Positions 58,409 to 64,000 of a stretch of 64,000 nucleotides of DNA are shown here, one piece after another. The notes under the pieces are model-generated. The model was given only the letters and a program-made list of their open reading frames with translations. It was not told the origin of the DNA and did not search any database. Every line of letters begins with the position of its first letter. Position 1 is the first letter of the stretch. Origin of the DNA: Planctomycetota bacterium (lineage in GTDB: Bacteria; Planctomycetota; B15-G4). Both the position numbers and the translations under genes were made by a program. The stretch lies in assembly GCA_038212275.1 (NCBI GenBank), contig JBBQUR010000001.1, positions 192,001 to 256,000 on the forward strand, read 5' to 3'.

Positions 58409-58738
58409 TCACCTGCGGTGCACGGCTGTTCCGGTGAGCTTGAACTGGTAGCCGTTCAGCACCCAGGCCCAGAACCAGTCTTCCTGGATGGTGATGTCGG
58501 TCAGGCGCGTGGTGCCCGGTTCCGACGCCACCGCCATCGAGTAGGCGTCGTTGAAGCGCTCGTTCTGGTTGATGGGGATGAACCCGAACAGCATGACGCC
58601 GGTGCACTCGCCGGTGACGGTGCCGCCTGCGGCCTCATCGGGGCCGACGGGTGTTGTGGGGATGCGGAGCGGTACGCCCCTGCAGCCCGCGAGGGCCACG
58701 AGAAGCAGGCACGGCAGCAGAAAGCGGCGCTTGGACAT
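58409..58738 (-). CDS. Small lipoprotein (TRL-like)
   Basis: MSKRRFLLPCLLLVALAGC lipobox; GECTGVMLFGFIP...LTDITI...LTGTAV pattern; RBS GGGAG. Confidence 0.75.
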   Translation of the reverse strand: MSKRRFLLPCLLLVALAGCRGVPLRIPTTPVGPDEAAGGTVTGECTGVMLFGFIPINQNERFNDAYSMAVASEPGTTRLTDITIQEDWFWAWVLNGYQFKLTGTAVHRR

Positions 58739-58864
58739 GATTCGACTTCTCCCTTTTCGTGGCGGGTTCACGTGCATCCACGTGCAGCGGTGATCTTGGG
58801 CGAGCGTAGCACGCCGCCACTTCCGTCGTTGGTATCGCTGCGTGGTGCAGGCACAATCCGGCGC

Positions 58865-59566
58865 ATGCCACGTGCAACTGATTTTCGAAACGACCTCGCG
58901 GCGCTGCCGCATTTCCGTGGACTGCCGCCCGCGCTGCTGGAGCGCGTGGCGGAGCTGGCCCGGCTCATCACGCTGCGCCGCGGTGAGGCCGTGTTCCGCG
59001 AGCGGCAACGCTGCGACGGCTTCTATTTCGTGCAGCGCGGGCTCGTGAAGGTCTTCCGCCTGGCGCCGGACGGCCGTGAGCAGGTCGTGCACCTCGTCGG
59101 CGCCGGGCACAGTTTCGCGGAGGCGGCGCTGTTCCACTTCGGCGTGTTCCCGGCCTCCGCGGCGGCGGCCGCGACCGGCACGCGCGTCGTGCGCATCGAT
59201 GGCCCGCGCTTTCTGAAGCTGCTTCAGGCGGAGCCGTCGCTGGCCACGTCGATGCTCGGCTCGTTGAGCGGCTGGATGCACACGCTGCTGGATCGCATCG
59301 AGGTTCTCACGCTCATCTCGGCCGGCTCGCGGCTGTCCACTTATCTGCTGCGGCTGCCCGCTACCACGGTGCGTGGCGACCTCGTCGTGGAACTGCCGGT
59401 GGCCAAGCGCTTGCTGGCGAGCGAGCTGTCGATCACGCCCGAGACGCTGTCCCGCCAGCTCGCGCGCTGGCGCGAGCGCGGACTCATCCGCGTCGAGGGC
59501 AAGCGCGTCGTGCTGCTCGACACGCAGACGCTGGAAGCCCTGGCTGACAGCTCGCAGCCCGACTGA
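58865..59566 (+). CDS. Crp/Fnr-family regulator (DNR/NnrR/HcpR-like, no Fe-S Cys cluster)
   Basis: GLVKVFRLAPDGREQVV, FAEAALF, HTH LASELSITPETLSR; adjacent to the NO reductase module. Confidence 0.92.
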   Translation: MPRATDFRNDLAALPHFRGLPPALLERVAELARLITLRRGEAVFRERQRCDGFYFVQRGLVKVFRLAPDGREQVVHLVGAGHSFAEAALFHFGVFPASAAAAATGTRVVRIDGPRFLKLLQAEPSLATSMLGSLSGWMHTLLDRIEVLTLISAGSRLSTYLLRLPATTVRGDLVVELPVAKRLLASELSITPETLSRQLARWRERGLIRVEGKRVVLLDTQTLEALADSSQPD

Positions 59567-59601
59567 TACCCGGCGCGGGCTCCGGTGCGGCGGGACCGGA
59601 C

Positions 59602-59615
59602 TTGACGCCGGTCAA
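59602..59615. promoter_or_regulatory. FNR/DNR-type box TTGAC-GCCG-GTCAA
   Basis: Palindromic arms (extend to CTTGAC...GTCAAG) between the Crp/Fnr gene and the hemerythrin-qNOR genes. Confidence 0.85.
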
Positions 59616-59719
59616 GGTTCTGCGCGCGCGGATGGGCGATGTTGCTTCCGTGGTCGACGGCGGACACGGCGAGACAGATCTCGCGCTTCCCGTCCGGACG
59701 ACCCGCACGGAGGTTCGCC

Positions 59720-60292
59720 ATGTCCACTGTCCACCCAAGCCAGGCTCTTCCGCAGGGCGCCCCGGCCGCTGCCGGCGCCACGTGCTGCGGTCACCACGAT
59801 GCCTTCGAGATCCTGCACGACTGCCACGAGCACATCGGCGAGCGTCTCGCGCGCCTCGACGCGCTGGCTCGCGAGGTCGGCCGCGACGGTGTGCTCGGAG
59901 AGAAGCAGCTCGCAAACCTGTGCGAGCTGCTGGCGTTCTTCGACACAGCCATTCCCGTCCACTCCGCCGACGAGGAGCAGACACTGTTCCCGCGACTGCG
60001 CGAAGCGCTGGGCGATTGTTCCGGCGGCACGCCGATGGACTGCATGGAGCATGAACACGTGCAGCACCAGGCGATGATGCGCCGCCTCAAGCAGGCCGTC
60101 GTCCAGCGCGATGTGACCGGGCTCGCACGCGCCGCCGCGGCGATCGTGGCCGCGTACCGCGATCACATCGGCAAGGAGGAGTCGATCCTCTACCCCATGG
60201 CCCGGGAGCTGCTGACCGAACGGCCGGTCATCGACGCGATGACGGGCGAGATGCGAGCGCGGCGGGCCGCGCTCGGCCTGGGCGGCTGCTGA
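59720..60292 (+). CDS. Hemerythrin-domain protein
   Basis: RBS GGAGG; CHEHI, HSADEEQTLFP, EHEH, HIGKEESILYP. Confidence 0.9.
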   Translation: MSTVHPSQALPQGAPAAAGATCCGHHDAFEILHDCHEHIGERLARLDALAREVGRDGVLGEKQLANLCELLAFFDTAIPVHSADEEQTLFPRLREALGDCSGGTPMDCMEHEHVQHQAMMRRLKQAVVQRDVTGLARAAAAIVAAYRDHIGKEESILYPMARELLTERPVIDAMTGEMRARRAALGLGGC

Positions 60293-60314
60293 GTTCTCGG
60301 GGAGATCGCTGACC

Positions 60315-62708
60315 ATGAATGATTCGATCGAGGATGCCCGGCCGCTCAACAAGTGGTGGCGCCATGCCGCCGTGCTGGTGGCCATCGGCGGCTTCGCCGT
60401 GCTTTCCTTCGTGACGGTGCGCACGTATCGCGACGCGCCGCCGATCCCGGGGCACGTGCTGGATGCCGACGGCGCGCCGCTCTTCAGCGGTGACGACGTG
60501 CTCGCGGGCCAGGACGTCTTCCTGCAGTACGCGCTCATGGAGCACGGCTCGCTGTGGGGGCACGGCGCCTACCTCGGTCCCGACTACAGCGCGACCTACC
60601 TGCACCGCACGACGGAGGTCACGCGCGACGGCCTGGCCCGGGCGCGCTTCGGCAAGGACTACGCGCAGCTCGACGCGGAGCAGCAGTATGCGGTGGCCGA
60701 GGCCGTGCGCGTCGAGCTGAAGCAGAACCGCTACGACGCGGCCACCGACACGCTGCGCTTCACCGCCGGCGAGGCGGCCTCGTTCGTCGCGCAGAAGTTC
60801 GAGTGGCGCGCCTACTTCGGCAGCGACACGGCGCCGCCCGGCCTGCCCCCGCGATTCATCGACGACATGGCGAAGACCGACGCGCTCACCGCGTACTTCG
60901 CGTGGGCCGCGTGGGCGACTGTCGCGCCGCGGCCGGGCACGGAGGCGTCCTACACGAACAACTGGCCGTACGAGCCGGCCGCTGGCAACACGCCCTCGAC
61001 GGCCAGCTACTTCTGGAGCGCGATGTCGCTGCTCACGCTGCTCGGCGGCCTCGGCGCGGTGCTGTTCGCGATGGGGCGCTTCCCGTTCCTCGGCTGGCAG
61101 CGGCCCAGCGTCTCGGGGCCGCTCGCCGAGAACCGCATGCTGCGCTGGGTGCTCACGCCCAGCCAGCGGGTCGTCGGGTTGTTCCTCGCCGTCGTCGCGC
61201 TGCTGTTCCTGCTGCAGGCGCTCTGCGGCGGCGCGCTGGCGCACTACCGGGTGGAGCCCGGCGCCTTCTACGGCTTCGACCTCGCGAAGTGGCTGCCCTA
61301 CAACCTGCTGCGCACCTGGCACCTGCAGCTCGCGGTCTTCTGGATCGCGACGGCGTGGGTGGCCGGCGGGCTGTTCCTCGCGCCGATCCTCGCGGGCGGC
61401 GCCGGCAGCACCGGTGGCGCGGAGGCCCGCCACGAACCGAAGGGCCAGCGCCTCGGCTCGCTCATCCTGCTCGGCGCGCTCGCGATCGTGGTCTTCGGCA
61501 GCCTCTTCGGCGAATACCTCGGCATCAACGACAAGCTCGGATCGCTGTGGTTCTGGTTCGGTCACCAGGGCAGCGAATACCTGGACCTCGGCCGCTTCTG
61601 GCAGGTGTTGCTGGCGACCGGCCTCGTGCTCTGGCTCTTCCTGATGTTCCGCGCGCTGCGCCCCGCGCTCCGCCGGCCCGGGCAGAGCGACCTCGCACCG
61701 CTGTTCCTCTACGTCGCCGTCGCGATCCCGCTCTTCTATGTGCCGGCGCTCTTCTACGGCCCGCACGACAACTTCGCGGTCATCGACAACTGGCGCTTCT
61801 GGATCATCCACCTCTGGGTGGAGGGATTCTTCGAGCTCTTCGCGACGGTGCTCGTCGCGGTCATGTTCTTCGTGCTTGGCCTGGTCACGGCGAAGAGCGC
61901 GACGCGGGTCGTGTATCTGGACGCGATCCTCTACCTGGGCGCGGGCGTCATCGGCACAGGGCACCACTGGTACTTCACCGGGCAGGGCACGCTGAACATG
62001 GCGCTGGCCTCCTGCTTCTCGGCGATGGAGGTCGTGCCGCTCACGCTGCTCACGCTGGACGCCTGGGAGTTCATGCGCCTGCGCGGCGGCGGGGCGGGTG
62101 CGGCAGGTGGGGCAAGAGCGGTGAGCACGACGGGTGCGAGCGGGACAACCGGTGCGGCCGGTGCGCCGCTTGAGGCGGGTCACGCCGGCGCGCTGCGCCA
62201 GAAGTGGGCCATCATGTTCCTCATCGCGGTCGGCTTCTGGAACTTCGTCGGCGCGGGCGTCTTCGGCTTCCTCATCAATCTGCCCATCGTGTCCTACTTC
62301 GAGATGGGCACGACGCTGACCACCAACCACGGGCACGCCGCGATGTTCGGCGTGTTCGGAATGCTCGCGCTCGCGGTGGTCGTGTTCTGTCTGCGCGCGA
62401 TCGCCGACGACCGCACCTGGCAGCGCAACGAGAAACTGCTGCGCACGGGCTTCTGGGGCCTCAACATCGGCCTGGCGCTCATGATGCTGCTCGACCTGTT
62501 CCCGGCCGGCGTGCTCCAGCTCTGGCAGTCCATCCGGTACGGCTACTTCGCCGCGCGCGAACTCACCTTCACGATGCAGGGCCTGTTCCACACGCTGGAG
62601 TGGGTGCGCGTCGGCGCCGACACGGTGTTCCTGCTCGCAGGCGTCGTGCCGCTGGTGCTGTTCACGTTCCGGATCGTGCTTGCGAGGCGCGTGCCATCTC
62701 CCAGCTGA
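60315..62708 (+). CDS. norB: Quinol-dependent nitric oxide reductase (qNOR)
   Basis: GSLWGHGAYLGPDY, SYTNNWP, RTWHLQ, WFGHQGSEYLDLGRFWQ, HLWVEGFFE, GTGHHWY, NHGHAAMFGVFG. Confidence 0.96.
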   Translation: MNDSIEDARPLNKWWRHAAVLVAIGGFAVLSFVTVRTYRDAPPIPGHVLDADGAPLFSGDDVLAGQDVFLQYALMEHGSLWGHGAYLGPDYSATYLHRTTEVTRDGLARARFGKDYAQLDAEQQYAVAEAVRVELKQNRYDAATDTLRFTAGEAASFVAQKFEWRAYFGSDTAPPGLPPRFIDDMAKTDALTAYFAWAAWATVAPRPGTEASYTNNWPYEPAAGNTPSTASYFWSAMSLLTLLGGLGAVLFAMGRFPFLGWQRPSVSGPLAENRMLRWVLTPSQRVVGLFLAVVALLFLLQALCGGALAHYRVEPGAFYGFDLAKWLPYNLLRTWHLQLAVFWIATAWVAGGLFLAPILAGGAGSTGGAEARHEPKGQRLGSLILLGALAIVVFGSLFGEYLGINDKLGSLWFWFGHQGSEYLDLGRFWQVLLATGLVLWLFLMFRALRPALRRPGQSDLAPLFLYVAVAIPLFYVPALFYGPHDNFAVIDNWRFWIIHLWVEGFFELFATVLVAVMFFVLGLVTAKSATRVVYLDAILYLGAGVIGTGHHWYFTGQGTLNMALASCFSAMEVVPLTLLTLDAWEFMRLRGGGAGAAGGARAVSTTGASGTTGAAGAPLEAGHAGALRQKWAIMFLIAVGFWNFVGAGVFGFLINLPIVSYFEMGTTLTTNHGHAAMFGVFGMLALAVVVFCLRAIADDRTWQRNEKLLRTGFWGLNIGLALMMLLDLFPAGVLQLWQSIRYGYFAARELTFTMQGLFHTLEWVRVGADTVFLLAGVVPLVLFTFRIVLARRVPSPS

Positions 62709-62738
62709 TCTACCCGACAGGCGCCCGCCGGATTGTCC

Positions 62739-63632
62739 TCAATCCGGCTCGCCCTCCGGCGAGGCGTCCTCGCTCTCGCGCGCATCGGTCCACGTGGCAA
62801 AGGCGCGCGCGAACTGTGCGCCGGTGAAGACGATGATCGACGCGAAGTAGACCCAGACGAGCAGTACGACGAGCGAACCGGCCGCGCCGTAGGCCGAGAC
62901 CACGGCCGCGTGCCCGACGTACTGGCCGATGGCCCAGGCTCCGGCCAGGAAGAGTCCGGAGGTCAGCAGCGCACCGCTCCACGCCTCGCGCCAGGTCACG
63001 CGCGCCTCCGGCAGCCACTTGAAGAGCAGTGCGAAGAGTGTGGTCGTCACCGCGAAGGACGAGGAGAGGCGCAGCGCGAGGCTGACCCCGGCGCTGGCGC
63101 CGACGAGCTCGTCGAGTCCCGAACCCAGCGCGGACACGATGGTGTTCACGAGCATGGACGCCAGCAGCAGCACGCCGAGGCAGAAGACCATGGCCATGGA
63201 GACCAGCCGCGTACGCAGGTAGCGGATCGCGCCCTGCTTCGGGCCCGGCCGCACGCCCCAGATGAGGTTGAGGCCGTCCTGCAGCTGCGCGAAGACGGCC
63301 GATGCGCCCAGCACGAGCATCGCGAGGCCCACTCCCGATGCCCACAGGCCGGCGGACGAGGCGTGCTGCTCCTGCGCCAGCGTGCGCACCAGCGCAGCGC
63401 CATCGGGCCCCAGCGCATCCGAGACCTGCTGCACGACATGCTCCTGCACCAGGTCGCCATCCACGATGAGCCCGGTGACCGCAAAGGTGATGACCACCAG
63501 CGGCGCGAGCGACAGCGCGGAGTAGTACGCCAGCGCCGCCGACATCTGCGGCACGCGGTTCGCCACGAGCCCGCTCACCGTCCCGTACACGACTCCCAGT
63601 GCGCTGTCCGGCGGCGGATTCCTCCAGTTCAT
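62739..63632 (-). CDS. YihY/BrkB-family inner membrane protein
   Basis: SAALAYYSALSLAP, LNLIWGV, YGAAGSLVVLLVWVY, GAQF. Confidence 0.93.
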   Translation of the reverse strand: MNWRNPPPDSALGVVYGTVSGLVANRVPQMSAALAYYSALSLAPLVVITFAVTGLIVDGDLVQEHVVQQVSDALGPDGAALVRTLAQEQHASSAGLWASGVGLAMLVLGASAVFAQLQDGLNLIWGVRPGPKQGAIRYLRTRLVSMAMVFCLGVLLLASMLVNTIVSALGSGLDELVGASAGVSLALRLSSSFAVTTTLFALLFKWLPEARVTWREAWSGALLTSGLFLAGAWAIGQYVGHAAVVSAYGAAGSLVVLLVWVYFASIIVFTGAQFARAFATWTDARESEDASPEGEPD

Positions 63633-63666
63633 GGAGCGGATGATAACGTCGTGTCGCGGCTGGCGT

Positions 63667-64000
63667 TCAGCGAGGCGCGGCCACGGGAACGAACCGGCAG
63701 CAGCCGAACATGCGCCGCGCCCAGGCGTCGAAGCGCTCGCCGTCGTCGAAGGCGCGCCCGGGATCGAAGCGCAGCGGGTCCACCAGGATCACCGGGTCCC
63801 GCATGCCGATCGCGCGGTCCACTGCCTCAAACAGGACCGCGGCGAAGTCGTGATCGCGAAGCCAGGCGAGTTGCAGCGCCTCCCAGCCTCGCTCCCCGCG
63901 CCGCTCCGGAACCACGTGCTGCGGGCCCAGCAGCACGAAGGCATCAGCGCCCGCGGGGAGTCCCGAGCCGGCCTGCACGTAGCGCACCGCATGGTCCGGG
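63667..64000 (-). CDS. Hypothetical protein, 3' part (start probably beyond the window)
   Basis: Open minus-strand frame with host-like codons ending at TGA 63667-63669. Confidence 0.5.
   Translation of the reverse strand, partial: PDHAVRYVQAGSGLPAGADAFVLLGPQHVVPERRGERGWEALQLAWLRDHDFAAVLFEAVDRAIGMRDPVILVDPLRFDPGRAFDDGERFDAWARRMFGCCRFVPVAAPR

Noticed and set aside
60315..62708. qNOR as NO dismutase (Nod)
   Set aside because: Retains canonical HLWVEGFFE, GTGHH and HGH motifs of ordinary qNOR

Overview
High-GC (roughly 70% by eye) bacterial chromosome segment, densely coding, with no rRNA, tRNA, CRISPR or intact mobile element visible. The gene repertoire (sulfatase-fold proteins, TPR/propeller Ser/Thr kinases, FG-GAP and NHL secreted proteins, DUF1501/DUF1549-like pair) suggests a Planctomycetota-type organism (inference). 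Housekeeping content: queF, thiO-like oxidase, fabI, ygfZ, mutY, deoC, a lipA + 2-oxoacid dehydrogenase operon with two E1-alpha genes, and a Crp/Fnr-hemerythrin-qNOR nitric oxide module. The standout locus is 6985-17237. It is a sulfate-activation operon (sat, cysC) with three alkaline-phosphatase-superfamily enzymes, two ribbon-helix-helix proteins, a DUF106/EMC3-like membrane protein and two divergent lipoproteins. Five of these proteins, of three unrelated folds, end in the same 'LxxLGY[LI]' helix, suggesting an uncharacterised tag-assembled, envelope-spanning sulfation system. Other notable items: a decaheme cytochrome-LVIVD-EF-hand fusion operon, a decayed cytochrome c gene still carrying an FNR/DNR box, a DnaA-box cluster far from dnaA, a 35-bp palindrome inside a RhuM-Fic gene, several apparently leaderless promoters, and short tandem duplications on start and stop codons. 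All family assignments are by motif recognition only; no database search was run.
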